Source: Octopus sinensis
Taxonomy: Eukaryota
Length of the DNA: 64,000 nt
Direction of reading: 5' to 3'
Assembly (NCBI RefSeq): GCF_006345805.1
Contig: NC_042997.1
Coordinates: 164,920,001-164,984,000, forward strand
In this document: positions 41,311 through 55,763 of the stretch, in pieces
How positions within the stretch are numbered: the first letter of the stretch is position 1
Layout of the letters: every line of letters starts with the position of its first letter
Position numbers and translations under genes: made by a program
Notes under the pieces: generated by a model
Told to the model about the DNA's origin: nothing
Seen by the model: the letters and a program-made list of their open reading frames with translations, nothing else
Databases searched by the model: none

Positions 41311-41712
41311 GGCGCAGGAGTGGCTGTGTGGTAAGTAGCTTGCTTACCAACCACATGGTTCCGAGTTCAGTCCCACTGCATGGCACCTTGGGCAAGAGTC
41401 TTCTACTATGGCCTCGAGCCTACCAAAGCCTTGTGAGTGGATTTGGTAGACGGAAACTGAAAGAAGCCCGTCGTATATATGTATATATATATGTGTGTGT
41501 GTATGTGTGTTTGTGTGTCTGTGTTTGTCCCACCAACATCACTTGACAACCGATGCTGTTGTGTTTGTGTCCTCGTAACTTAGCGATTCGGCAAAAGAGA
41601 CCGATAGAATAAGTACTAGGCTTACAAAGAATAAGCCCTGGGGTCGATTTGCTCGACTAAAGGTGGTGCTCTAGCATGGCCGCAGCCAAATGACTGAAAC
41701 AAGTAAAAGAGA
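41311..41712 (+). mobile_element. Full-length SINE family C (tRNA head, CORE-like segment, internal microsatellite)
   Basis: ggagtggctgtgtggtaagtagcttgc..ggttccgagttcagtccc, then caccttgggcaag, ggatttggtagacggaaactgaaagaagcccgtcg(TA)n(TG)n and a gtaaaaga tail. Confidence 0.9.
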
Positions 41713-42789
41713 AAAAGTGTATACTGAGAAGTAATGTTTATCGCCACTTCAACATGGCTGTTCTGTAGGAACCGACATCACAACCGGTTTTAACCCCAGG
41801 AAAACGCCTCCTCCAGCTGGTTATCGAAATAATCTGCATCCAATACATATAGCAAGCAGATGGTGGGGGTTCGCTCTCCTGCTTGCAATATATATCGGGT
41901 GCAGATTACATCGATAACCAGCTGGAGGAGTCGTCCTCCAGGGCCTAAAACGGTAGTAACGTCGGTTCCTAGAGAACAGCCATGTTGGCGATAAACATTA
42001 CTTATATATATGTGTATGCGTGTGTGTTTGTGTGTTTGTGTGCGCATGTATGTATGCATGTTTTTATGTGAATTATATAAAAAATAACATTAGACTGAAA
42101 GATCATTCAATAACTTTAGTAGAGTACAGAGTTATTAAACTTTTACAAGAAGGGTGTCAGTCAGTGATTTCGACGTTTCGGCCGTCTAGACTTTATCGCC
42201 TACATCTGATCAGTAATCGAATATACTTTTATTTGGTGACTTTAGTCTTTCTAGCTTTCATTGGCCTGAGGATCGCAGGTATTGAAGAATATTACAGCAT
42301 AGCTGTAAGAATAATGAATTTCTGTTTGACCGCCTCACCAAAACACAGAACAATTCATTTGACTTTTGCCTTCCAGTACTGTAGAACCTTTCCGCAATAT
42401 GAAGATGATTTTGATATAACATCTCATGACATAAACATAATAGAATTGAAGAATTAAGAATATGTTTGAAGCGACCTTTGAGTCTCAGCTTTGCTGTAGA
42501 ACACATCCACTTTATGAAGGTGACTTATATAACTTGAGAGAATTGACGATATTTGTTGTTCGAAACGAATCTCTAGCTCTCGCCATCGTACCTAAATTCA
42601 TACCATTCTAAATTTCGACAAGCTTCAATGGAATTGATTTAAGAAAGATCTAGAAGATGAATTAGCTTAAAATTCTCTCGTGTAACTAAATATATGTATG
42701 ATAACAATGTAAGCTAAATGTATTAAATATGTCTCTGAGAAGAAGGCTAAAGTTCACAGACATATTATCAATAGGGACAAGAAAATTTT

Positions 42790-43720
42790 CAGGAGAAGAA
42801 TAGCATGTCTGAAATCGATTAAATGGTGAAACCACTGGCAGAGAGAGAAAAAAATGGCTTAAGAATATCACTCATAGATATTGAATATAAAATAAAATAC
42901 TTCTGCAAAAATGAAAGAGCAGAAAAAAAAAAAAACACGAGAATAATAGAAAACATAAAAGCTAACCATAAAGTTTTCTGCAGATTTGCAAAAGAAATGG
43001 CTTCAGTGCATTGCAAAATAAGATCATTGTCTGAAGGAAATGGCTCACTCGCAGAAGATTTTCAGAACGTAAGTGAAATACTAAATATGCAGCAGTGCTT
43101 TCAACACCATGCTGGTATACATGCAAACTGTTGATTCAAATAAGTTCTTCGTCTCTGTAACATTGTATAGAGAATTGGCAAACATCAATTACATAGGTAT
43201 AAGAAGCATAAATATATCTGACTTCGATAAAATTAGTCTCAACTCAGCAACAGACCCTTTTAGTTTCTTGATAAACAATTCTTTTAAAAACATAGATAAA
43301 TCCAAACCATTTTAAATACCTTTTTATGTTTTCTTGGAAGTGTTATCTTGCATGAAACTTAATATAACCTTTATAAGAGATGAAACAGAGAAACAACGTG
43401 TTAAAAATCACAGGCCTATCTCTTTAACTTGAACATCAGCAAGTTCATAGTACAAATTATCTGAGAGAAGATATCGATTAGGTTCATAGAGGAGAATGAC
43501 TTCCTGAGTGGCACTCAGCAGCGTTTCTACATAGGACCTGGCATTTACAGGTTATACAACATTATACGTAGGTATTGAAGCAACTGCCATACTGTAGGGT
43601 CAAAAGTAAAAAAGAAAAAAACCTCACTGATGTTGTATACATGGTCTTTATAATGGCTTCCGACAATATTTCGAGGAATAATGTGCTATAAATTGCATCA
43701 TCTTACTATTACTAAAAATC
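42790..43720 (+). mobile_element. Older decayed relative of the CR1-like LINE
   Basis: IENIKANHKVFCRFAKEMASVHCKI aligns with IDNIKSNPRAFYRYAKETATVHCRI. KNHRPISLT and EENDFLSGTQQRF are also present. Confidence 0.8.
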
Positions 43721-43867
43721 CCACCGATTCATCTTTGTACCACTGGCTAGTCTTATAAACACACGCACATACACGAGCGCTCGCACATATGTATGTATGT
43801 ATATATATATATATTATATATATATATATTATATATATATATATATTATATATATATATATATATAT

Positions 43868-44035
43868 AGTTAATCCAAAGAGAAAATACAACAACGCGAG
43901 GACGTGGAGCAAGTATAGTATTATTGGACGCTCTGGAAAGAAGGAGGGTTTAACGTTTCGAGCGGAGCTCTTTGTCAGAAACATAGGAAAAGGAAATATC
44001 CAAAGAAGGGAAGACGGAGGAAAAAAAATCGATAA
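43868..44035 (-). mobile_element. HHR-bearing element family P (copy 1)
   Basis: Minus strand GTTT-CTGACAA-AGAGC-TCC-GCTC-GAAAC-GTT-AAAC (43948-43982); flanked by (TA)n on both sides. Confidence 0.7.
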
Positions 44036-44038
44036 TAC

Positions 44039-44147
<109 letters not shown>

Positions 44148-45354
44148 GTATATGTGTAGTGCATGTGTGCACGTATACAAATATATGTGTGCATGTTGTT
44201 CGTGTTCTGTGCACGTACTTTTGCATGAGTGAATATGTGTGCACGCACGCGTGTTTACGTGTATGTGTGTGTGTGTGTATGTGATGTATAATTTTATTTT
44301 ATATATTTTTTTCATTTTAGCTAAGATTAATTTTATTTCTTAAATAATGGTTACATGCATCAAATTAGCAAATATCTTTTTAATAGACTAGTAGTATAAG
44401 AAGATATTTCAAACATACTTTGAGATAACTTATCTATACATAGTGTCCTCGAACGTTCAAAGATAGTTTCCATGACGTAAAAAATACATACTATTCATAG
44501 CTACTATTTATAGAAGAAAATAATAATATGTTATATAAATAAGTATATATATAAGTATATGAAAACAGAATTGGCTTTTCTCCAACTACACAAATCGTAA
44601 GATCATATTGGTTAAAGATACACTAAATCAGAGACCACACTTCAGGAAAAGAATTCCGTTTCGCATTTTTTTCTATTCAATACACTTTTTTGATCCGATT
44701 TGTGCGACATTGAAATCTTTTTTCTTTTTTAATTTCCGAACTAAAAGCACATTCCTCTTCCTATTTGTCCTTAACTCGTAGCCAGACCATTCGAAATGAT
44801 TTATTGGTGGGTGTCATATACAGAAATGAGTAGAAAGTGGATAAATATAGCTAGCGTCTGGTCACTACGGATACATAAGTGTGATGATTCCAAAAAAGGA
44901 CGAAATAGTGTTTACAATCGACAAGAAATTTGATCTTTATAATGCTTGGGAAAAATAAATATTAAGTATACGTATTTTGTACACTTTCTTTTTTTAACTT
45001 TTGGTTTAAATTTTAGATTTTCAAACCGTCTTTAACTTAGTCCAAAAGGGTTTGTTTCGCCTATAATAAGCTGACCACCGGCTGTACACCACGCATTTAA
45101 TCTATAAGTAATAGTTATATGCTAACTACTTGGAGATTGTAGGTTCTTTCTAGCCCACTCAGATACCTGAGTACATGTGCACTGATTATTTTGTGTACCT
45201 CACTGATGTGGAAGACATGGGTGATATGAAAGCCGAAAGTAATCGGGGCAATGGGGTGATGGAGGATTAATACTCATGTGTGAGCAAATTTTTCTTATTT
45301 GTTTCTTGTGTTTTTACTTTATATGTTTCAACAACAACAACAACAATAATAATA

Positions 45355-45677
45355 TGCAGTACCAGACAGTGGCTCTCGTGGCTTCTGATCTTAACTAATT
45401 GGAAGTGTTATCATTTACATTGTTTTGTCTTGGTATAAAAGACGGTCTACAACAAATATTCTGCCCAATACCACAGATTTGCTTGTCAGTTGTTTGACTT
45501 TAAACCAGTTGAGCATGTCCCTTAGTGGCTGACGAACATGTGCATCTCTGATCACGAGCAGAAGTAGAAGAGGAATATCATAGTCATGTGTTGAGAGGAA
45601 ATCTTTGGGATTTGGATAATTCACCTCTGGAAACATGGTTGTTTCGTTCAACATCCTTAAACAACCCTCATTCAGGA
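45355..45677. repeat. Interspersed repeat family E (copy 3)
   Basis: Aligns with 11626-11945. Confidence 0.85.
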
Positions 45678-47100
45678 TAAAAGATACATGATAAATAATT
45701 CTTAAGTTTGTTTATGATGTTACCGAAAAATTAAATCTCTTCTTCTCAAGTTGCACAAACAAGCCCCCATATTTTTTTCTTTGCTTTTCGTGAAATAGAC
45801 ATTTCCCTCCATATTGTCTACAACTAGACTTTTTTAATTCTAGTGTTTATATTTAATTATAAGCCATACTAATTTTACATCATCTTTTATATTTTAGTAA
45901 GAAGTAAAGTTTAGCCATAAATGCAGTTTTCTTTCTTTTGATCAGGCGGTAAATTAGCGAGTGTTTACGTCAACATGAACTAATACAAGGTATACTTAAC
46001 ATATCATTTAAAATGATTTTTAGTTGATAATCATCCAACAGAATTGTTACCAATGGTTACGAATTTGGAATTATCATAAACAGAACTGGATTGGTCACTT
46101 CATTAGTTGTTGCACCGATCTAAGTTTTGCCATAGCAATTTGCTGACAAATTGCTTCTATTCCATCAATTACTGTAAAGTAGTGATGTGACAGAAATATC
46201 AGATACGGTCGTTGCAAGATAAAATAATTAACATCAAGAGAACAATCAAGTCAGATCACAGTCCATAGGACGACAAAATGATGTCGTCATACTATAGAAA
46301 TAAATATATACAAAATTATGTTGAATATGATATATTGCCAATATATGCTGAGATTTGTCAGAAGATATAAAGTGGTAAAAATATCGTTGTTAGCAATGAA
46401 TATGCATATAAAGTACTGATATTGGGAAATGATTCGGTCCCAACAAATGAAATGTTTATCTATTATAATCGCTAATTTAAGATGTTTTCCTGTTAGTAAG
46501 TACCAACAGTAGGTGCTCAAGGATGTAGAGGTTAATAAAAATTTGCAATTTAGTTTACAAAACAACAGATATTTTGAGTGCTGAGTGTTGTCATGCTCTT
46601 AAACGCTACTTTCCTCCGCCTTTCCAATTTATTAATACAGACCAAAACTAACTTAGCTCTATTAATATACAAGGCTGTTTTGTTAACAGATTTACAGCAT
46701 TGCTCAATATACAAAATATATCCACAGAACATTAACCAGTATAGGGCAATGGATATACTACTGAGAATCCTTGATAAAAATTGATGAACTGAAAGTGTTG
46801 CGAATTTCGGATTTTTTCGGATACGATGCATATTTATATTTGCTTCTGTAAAATGGAACCCAGCTTCGGGGATGGAACCCAGATCTAAAAACAATATTTG
46901 TTTACATTTCATAGTATAACTTATACATATGCCCTGAATATAGTTTTAAACAAATTTATAACAATTTTTTATACATAATGCCTTCAGAAAGGCTTACACA
47001 TATGACGTCACGTTTTGATTAAATGTTTACGGTACATGCGTTTACATTTTACTTTTTACTATATAGTTGTAGTATGTATATATCTCTTACTTTTTTTTAA

Positions 47101-47420
47101 TCTTTTACTTGTTTTAGTCATTGAAGAGTTTTTTTAGTCGAACGAATCGACCCCAGTACTTATTTTTTAAACCTCGTACTTATTCTATCAGTCTTTTTTG
47201 CCGAACCACAAGATACGAGAACGTAAACATACCAATACAGGTTGTCAAATATATATATACATACATACACGACGGGCTTCTTTCCCTTTCCGTCTACCAA
47301 ACCCACTCACCCGATGCTATAGAAGAAAATACTTGCCGAAGGTGCCACGCAGTGGGACTGAACCCGGGACCGTGTGGTTGGGAAGCAAGACTCTTACCAC
47401 GCAGCGACGTCTCTGCCTAT
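47101..47420 (-). mobile_element. SINE family C copy
   Basis: Same blocks as 39972-40407 with a shortened internal microsatellite. Confidence 0.82.
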
Positions 47421-47538
47421 ACAAGAATAAGACTTTTGTATTTGGGTGTTTTCGGATAATGCATTTTCAATACATATGAAACATCCGTTTGTACGATGGA
47501 TGTGTAAAGGAACCATGACTATCTGGTGGAGAAATTTA

Positions 47539-48058
47539 GGATCTTTACCTTTTGACCGACGGATTTAAAAAATGATTTTTTGCAACTAAACACTTTCAAA
47601 CTTCGGTCACTGGTAGAATGTGTCATATAAAACATCTTTTACTCTTAACGTTTTTGAGAAAAGCTTATATTTAGGAAGTTATTTCACGTTAAAGTTCTCG
47701 TATTTCGGTAATTTCAACCAATCAATGACGTGTATTCAGCTGAATAAAATTACTGCTGTTGTTTTTTCAACAAGAACTTCCGGTGGTGTATATTCCGTTT
47801 GTCACTGTTATTTATGACAACCCTAACACTAAAACCCTAACCCTAACCCTAAAACCCTAACCCTAACCCTAAAACGCTAACCCTAACCCTAAAACACTAA
47901 CCCTAAAACCTTAAAGCTAAAACCAGTACAAACGCACGAACGGTGTCATAAAGAGTAAAAGATATTTTATATGACACATTCCACCAGTGTCCAAAGTTTG
48001 AAAGTGTTTAGTTACAAAAAATTATTTTTTAAATCTGTCGGTCAAAAGGTAAAGATCC
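47539..48058. mobile_element. MITE with 108-bp TIRs and an 8-bp TSD (Merlin-like)
   Basis: TIRs at 47539-47646 and 47951-48058 (7 mismatches by my count) begin GGATCTTTACC. GAAATTTA is duplicated at 47531-47538 and 48059-48066. Family assignment rests on the 5'-GG ends plus 8-bp TSD. Confidence 0.85.
47818..47925. repeat. Telomere-type (CCCTAA)n / CCCTAAAA variant repeats inside the MITE
   Basis: aaccctaacactaaaaccctaaccctaaccctaaaaccctaaccctaaccctaaaacgctaaccctaaccctaaaa. Confidence 0.9.
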
Positions 48059-49352
48059 GAAATTTACTTCACAATGACGAGATCCGATTCCACTGTGACT
48101 AGATCCCATTCCACCAGACGGATGAGACTAGGGAAATTAAAGTATATCCGTCGGTTTCGACAATGTGTATTTAATTGTTCAACCAACTCCACTGCTAGCA
48201 ATTTGAATTAACGTTTAAGTAGCTGAATATTTCACAAACATGTATATCCATAAAGAAATTCATAGGCTAAATCAGCGTAATACATTGTTTAACAAAGATG
48301 GAGCTTTGAATTACTGAAACAACCTTTGGTTCCACTTTAGCGTGGTGCATACCAGATCATTTACACTTCAGCGTGCAGTCTAATCCTAAAACTCTAAACC
48401 AGATCAGGTCATTTCACTGCGTAGACTACAAATACTATTGTAGACCACACGCTAAAGTAGCATCCAGTCTTCATGATGATCGTCTACCCGGTTTCACTGA
48501 CAAGGCTTCAGTCGATACGAGGCTATAGTAAAAGTTACTTCCTCAAGATGTCACGCTGTTATGTTGCGTTTATACAGCCATCATACGACGGACTGGTATT
48601 GTCTTTGATATATCAATGTCTCCACTGTTCTATACTAATTATTCTGTGGATATATTTTACATAATAATCAATACACTAAACCTGTCAACATAAAACATAT
48701 GCAAGTTAACGTTTTACTTCTTACATACCATTTAATCACGAGAAAATGATAGTATCCTTTTAATAAAAAAGACTAACATTATTTTAAATGACTTGTCTTG
48801 AATTTCATTACTTTACATAACAAAACACAACCTGTTAGGAAACAGTAATGTCCTGAGTTTAAATGGAAAATCTTATTGAATCAAGGAACTCTTGTGTAAA
48901 TATCTCCTTCAGATAAGTTAAAATTGGTGGAAAGTTGTCATGTAACAGTTTTAAGCATTATTACTATATTAACCTTGTTTATAACCTATATAATATTTAT
49001 TTATAATACCGAAATGTAGTGTATCTTCTTAATCAGGTTAAACTCAGAAATTGTTTTCGGTTCCGCATGTTTTGAACTGAAATTTGAGAAACCTACAATC
49101 CAATGGGTGAAGGTGGCTTCTACAAAGGTACTAGATCTGTTAGATCTGGCAACCACGTCCCTCTCAAGTTACAGTCAGACATCTTTACTAAAGGAAAAGA
49201 AAGTATGGGGCTCACGAATGAAAATATATTTATCTAAAAATTGTACATATATATATATATTTAGTGAAGGGAAGAAATGGAGCCGAACGACAGGTATCGG
49301 TTAAATTTTGAATAATCCGTAACAAGATAATTCATTTATCCATTTCATTAAA

Positions 49353-49437
<85 letters not shown>

Positions 49438-49440
49438 CGC

Positions 49441-49801
49441 GGCACTCCGTCGTTTACGACGACGAAGGTTCTAGTTGATCCGATCAACGGAACAGCCTGC
49501 TCGTGAAATTAACGTGCAAGTGGCTTAGCACTCTACAGACACGTGTACCCTTAACGTAGTTCTCGAGGAGATTCAGCGTGACACAGTATGACAAGACTGG
49601 CCTTTTGAAATACAAGTACAACAGAAACAAGAAGAAAGAGTGAAAGTTGTGTTGAAAGAATACAGTAGGGTTCGCCACCATCCATTGCCGGAGCCGCGTG
49701 GAGCTTTAGGTGTTTTTGCTCAATAAACACTTACAACGTGCGGTCTGGGAATCGAAATCGCGTTCCTATGACCGCGAGTCCACTGCCCTAACCAATGCGC
49801 C
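49441..49801 (-). mobile_element. Full-length SINE family B
   Basis: Reverse complement of 15411-15778. Confidence 0.9.
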
Positions 49802-50118
49802 TATATATATAATACAGACATGTAAATACTTTATCATTTATTATAAAATGTAATAAAATAAATTATCTATACATGTTTATTTAGCTGCGAAACAATTGTT
49901 GTTAAATATGATTATCCAATGGTATAATAAATTCTATCATAGTAGATGTCTCACTTCATTTATAATTTTATACACTCCTTCTTTCTTTTCTATTTTTTTT
50001 TTTGTATCGTACTATATATTCTATGTGATTCATAGATTGATACATTAAGGAGCATTTTTATGAGTATCACCGGATTAGTTGAATCCATATATTGTAACTT
50101 AAACTCATATATATATAT

Positions 50119-50320
50119 AGTTAATCCAAACATGAAAACACAAAGAGAAAACACAACAACGCGAGGACGTGAACAAGTATAGTGTTATTGGACGCTTAGG
50201 AAAGGAAAGAAAGAAGGAGGATTTAACGTTTCGAGCGGAGCTCTTCGTCGGAAACATAGAAAAAGGAAAGATCCAAGGAAGGGAAGACGAAGGAAAAAAA
50301 TTGCCAACGATACACACGCG
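50119..50320 (-). mobile_element. HHR-bearing element family P (copy 2)
   Basis: Minus strand GTTT-CCGACGA-AGAGC-TCC-GCTC-GAAAC-GTT-AAAT (50221-50255); aligns with 43868-44035 and abuts (TA)n. Confidence 0.7.
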
Positions 50321-51539
50321 GTCTCAAATAGCTTAGATTTTATTAAAATGATTATTCTATTTATTAAAATGATTATTCATAAGAAATAGTCCAATGCTTG
50401 CTGTATGATAGAATATATTATTCCTTATCAACAATGACTCTCCTTCCACTTTAACTGATATGTGAAATTCATTTAGTATAGTGAGTCGATGTAGAAACAG
50501 TAGTGATAGAATTGCACAGCAAAGACCAACCAGGACTGCTATAGCTTTACTATCCATAATTACCAATGTTTATGGTGTAATCGAAGGAGAAAATGTGCCC
50601 ACGTCCAAACAAAGGCTACCTGATTGACAAGGAATGGTATGAAGTCACCAAGTGGTCCACAGATGCGTAATACCCCCACCCTCTCTCTCTCTCTCCATCT
50701 ATCTATATCTTCTACTGGTTCTATAGTGACTGCTGCTCTTTGGGTCTGGCTGGACTAGTGTCATCCTACCGATTTGCTCGACTTTCCACCTCTCAACTCT
50801 CCGGCAGAGTTTCTCCACTGCCACATTCTGTAATAACCACTATGCTTTTCTTCTGGAGTTCCTTCAATGCACAAACATTCCTTGCAGATTATCGACTTGC
50901 AACTGCTCAAACGAAACCACAATTACCTCGATCTCGGAGGCTCTCTGAAACCCAAGTTAAATCTATAGGTATAATTACTTGCTCCACATCATAAACAAAT
51001 AAATAAATGCAAAAAAAAAAAATATATATATATAAAGACACCAGCAGAAAGTACGTGATGATTGGTAAGAAATTTGTGGTTTTTAGGGTGGATTCTAACC
51101 GACCTTTCTAAATACCAGATTTGTTTCGCTATCACTGAACTACTGTAATATTATATTAACGATACAAAAATCAATCGATACACCAAGAATAAATTCGGAA
51201 AATCGAGATGTAATGTTGCGAAATTTCTTTGAAGATTGAATGAAGTAGATATCTAATTCGAATTTGGTTCCTGGTTGCTTCAGGAAAAGATTAGTTTACC
51301 TTCGTCGCTCTCGAACTGCCAAAGCAAATAATTTCTACTTTCCTTTTTTCATTTGACTATAATCATAAATGTTACTATTGATGGTATATTTATAAAATTC
51401 ATAAACACGTTGCAGTTTTGAAATAAAAGAAAGTCTCGCGTCGGAAATATAATAAATATGTAAAAACTCCAAAAGAAAATTGGTTAAGTATAAATGAATA
51501 AAAAAAATCTACGTCATATTATATTTGCAATATCCTTCA

Positions 51540-51629
51540 AAATACACATACAGAGACACACACACGGACACCCACACATATATACACACACGCACATACA
51601 TACATACATACATACATACATACATACAT

Positions 51630-51662
<33 letters not shown>

Positions 51663-51812
51663 TACATACATACATATATACACACACGCACATACATACA
51701 TACATACATACATACATACATACATACATACATACATACATACATACATACAATACATACATACATACATACATACATACATACATACATACATACATAC
51801 ATACATGCATAC
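51540..51812. repeat. (CATA)n microsatellite with an internal duplicated unit
   Basis: Seen directly. Confidence 0.95.
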
Positions 51813-52056
51813 ATATTTATTCTTATTTCTCGAAACCATGGCTTTACTTCGTCGTTACTCTAAATTTCCAGTTTCCGCTCTTCAGCGTGAAGATCGGAAA
51901 CAGGAAGCTTTAAAGTAGCGACGGAGTAAAGCCTCAGTTTCGAATAAATAGCTGAACACTACTATAAAAATTGAGTACATTTCTATTGTGTACGCGCGCA
52001 CTTGTGTATGTATGTATGTATGTATGTATATGTATACATGTATACACACACACACA

Positions 52057-52106
<50 letters not shown>

Positions 52107-52299
52107 CACACACACAGGTATATTGAATCAAACAGGAAAAAAAAGAACTCAGAATATGTATATTTTTATTAATATTTAGCAAAAGTAACAGAATGACTCA
52201 AGGTCCGAGAGTCTCATGCGTTGGTACTTATCAACGCGCGAAACACTCGGACCTTTAGTCACAATGTTACTTCTGCTATACACATAAATATATGTATAT

Positions 52300-52665
52300 A
52301 TATATATATAGAAATTAAATATAAAATATAAATTACAAAGTGGGACAAGAACGCAAAAACACACAAGGAGACGACAAAAAAAACAGACGGGTCACTCGAA
52401 GCCTCTAATCTTCAGTCGGGAACCGGATCATCTTAGTAATTTCGGCTGTTTAATCTCGATATTACTCCGACCCGGCCAGCCCCAAGGAAAATCCAAGCCA
52501 CAGGCATTGGATTTCTTGGAAAGAGGGTCGAATGTATACGGAACAAAGACAGGATGCCACACGAAGAAACAAATACAAGAAACAAAAATATATATAAAAA
52601 ACAGAAATAAAAAACACGAAGGTGGACAGTACAAGGACAGGAGCGTCTTACAACTTTAGACAATT
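52300..52665. repeat. Interspersed repeat family Q (copy 2)
   Basis: Aligns with 39465-39780. Confidence 0.85.
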
Positions 52666-52688
52666 TTTAACTTATATATATATGAGAG

Positions 52689-52719
<31 letters not shown>

Positions 52720-52720
52720 T

Positions 52721-52814
<94 letters not shown>

Positions 52815-53099
52815 TGTGTGCAATGGTACTAAAAGAACACTCGACACATACCTTAGGGAATTTAAGTATGTATATAAACAGTTTAATATAGGTTTATATT
52901 ATTAACAGTTTCACAAATGTAGAAAGGCATGTCTGATCGATTGGACGGGGTAACACTAAGCCGTAAGATGGCTTCGGCTTCAGAATAAGCCTGGTTATCA
53001 CTGAATAATAAGGAATGCTGGATTATTTTTAGGTAATTTTGAAATCAGCACTTCGATGACTATTTGGTGTTACAGCGCTAGTCTGGTTAGTATATCAAT

Positions 53100-55140
53100 A
53101 TTTCGTGTTAAAATATGAATATGCTGTTAAATAACAACACTGAATGAATGCCTGATAGGTGTACTGCACCTGATAGGTGAAGTAAACCGATAAAGACACA
53201 GGTGTAACTGCTTCTTTAGAGACTTGACTAGAAAAAGATGGCCAGCTTGATAAGGTTGAAGCTGATTACATTTTTATATAGAAAGGAAAATTGAAAGAAG
53301 AACACTGACAGAGATGTTGATTGCAATCCGTTTTGAAGTGTTCATATAATTGCAACTTCCTACTGTCATAAACGAATGATTGAACAACCAATGATTGCAT
53401 CTGCGCTGAAGGTGGGCGATATGGTTTTCTGATAAGTACCTATGCTCCTACTCTGTTCAATTCTGATGAAGACAAAGATACATTCTACACCCAACATAGG
53501 GGAATACTCGGCAAAATCTTCAACACTACAATGACAAGCTTGGAGTGCAGTGGTAGAAATAGGACTCCCTGGGTATTTAGATGCGGGAGGGTTGAATAGC
53601 TTTCATCTCATGCTTCTAGAACCCTGTAAAGAATATGACCTATTTATTGCCAGCACTCACGTTATGCACAAAGGCGGTCATACAATAAAATGTATACATT
53701 CAAAGTCTAATGCTTGGCACTTGCTTTGGATACATGTAATCTAGAAGCTCATTGGTGACTCAGTATTGAACGGACTATTGTTTAGTACATACAAGGTTCA
53801 GGATGCTAATTAAGGTGAGAGAAAGAAGAGGACCAGCTCAGATATTTAATCACGCTGTGAGTAAGGATCTTGAAAAATGTTTACCCAGTATGGAAAATAT
53901 GACATTCACAGATTTTCGAGACCAGATTTTTATATAGAAAGAGAAAGTGAAGGCTAGTCATTGGGATTAGTCTGATGAGCATGAAATGATTCAAAAAGTT
54001 TTGTTTACAACGCATGATGTTCATAATGTATTAAATCTACAGCGAGCTATTGACATAGTAGTTGAATGTAGCTATAAAATCTGAACTGCAGTAGGCACAC
54101 TGGCAGATACAGAACATGTGATGGGAGAGACTTCTTCATAGCATTCAAGCGGCCAATGATTGCCTGGGCCTTAAGTTCAGCATCAGGTTAGACTTAGGGT
54201 CATAAAAGTTTAGCACTGGATTTGTTGCTCTCTAAGTTTGCTCTCTTTTATTCATTAAATGAACAAAGATCGTAGTTTGTTGGGTTGCTCGCTTTTCTGA
54301 ATGATTAAACCGTCAGTCTGTTGTGGATAAGAGAATTATTGATGCCATTGAAGAAAATCTGTCACCATCTTCTTCAACAATGTCCCTTCACTAGACGAAA
54401 TAGCAAAGACAATAAGTAAATCGAGTCTTGCGAAGGATTCTGATATAGATGGGATCTACTCTGAGGTCCTACGTTTCGGTGGTGAAAATCCTCACAAGTT
54501 GTATAGTCTAATGAGACGGAATTGTTCCCAGGGACTAAAGAAACGCAATTATGCTTCCTGTTTATAAAGGGAAGGGTGTTAGAATAAAATGTAGAAAACA
54601 TAACATTGTTGGTCTGTTGTCATCTGCTGGTTGAGTTCTGGCAAATATTTTTACTCGCCTGCATAAATCCTTTGTAAATTCTGTCCTTGAACCTCACTGG
54701 ATTTCCGTTTTGACAGATATGGAAATGATTTCTACATTCTAGTTCTCTATTCAGTTGCTGCCAATGCAGAATTCTACCAATTGCTTAATCGTGATCTAAA
54801 TGCAGATAACTACAACTTACAGTTGAAGATATGCAAAATCTTACGGATCCGTAATCAAGCATTATGTAAAACACTTGGGCTCAGAATCTAGACAAGACCG
54901 CTGAAATGTTTCATCCTGACCCAAGATGCATGTATGAACCCATCTGTTTTAATTGAAAGAACAAAACTGCATGTAGTAGAGAGTCTTGTCTTCCTGAGCA
55001 GCACACAGCTTATTTTATTTATTGGATAGTGAAATATCTCTAACGTTTCAGAAATTGACTGATTTTTATAGGACTTTTCAGTCTCGTATCTAGTTGTAAT
55101 ATAAAATTACGAGGTTGGCCAAGAGGCCTGTGTGTATATA
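53100..55140 (+). mobile_element. Heavily decayed RTE-clade LINE
   Basis: ET*LEKDGQLDKVEADYIF, LISTYAPTLFNSDEDKDTFYTQ (from 53429), LLEPCKEYDLFIASTH..CIHSKSNAWHLL, PSLDEIAKTI..DGIYSEVLRFGGE and LPVYKGKG..KCR are recognisable RTE endonuclease/RT segments with many stops and deletions. Confidence 0.8.
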
Positions 55141-55708
55141 TGTGTGTATATGTGTATATGCCTTCTCATCTTTACTTATGAGGCATAGGTCCTTTACAGA
55201 CAGTAGGTAAATATTTTTGAGAGTTTTCCTCTGAGATGTTTAAAATATTCTGAATGTCAGTAGATCTTCGCAAAACATCGCGAGATATTGTCTCCGACAC
55301 TGCAGTGACTATACCAACTCACCGCCCGCCGCAAATACATCAACATACTCTTCATCTCTCTCTCTCTCTCCCTCCCTCTTTCTCTCTCATGTACACATAT
55401 TTTCTCACAGTCATACATTGTTTTCACACATACCAATGGGCCAAGAGATGTAAATACTTTCAAGTACACACACACACACAAACTCACACACTTTCTCTGC
55501 ACTTACACTTCATATACAATTACATTTCACTCAACTCTACACACAAACACACATAGATGCACACATTCAGACACACACGTCTGTACAAATATAAAGTCTA
55601 ACAAATTCATAATCCATCCAGCCGTTCTTCAGTTTAGTGACCTAACATCAACTGCCACCACCACCTGCCCCTTCCCTGCCGCCGCCGCTGCTACTGCTGC
55701 TGTTGTTG

Positions 55709-55763
<55 letters not shown>

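Noticed and set aside
46550-46912. 120-aa minus-strand ORF with a hydrophobic stretch (ILSSISIALYWLMFCG)
   Set aside because: No recognisable domain and no convincing paired splice sites; within chance expectation for AT-rich DNA.
51871-51901. 14-bp hairpin GTTTCCGCTCTTCA-GCG-TGAAGATCGGAAAC
   Set aside because: Single short hairpin with no recognisable family, terminator context or second copy.
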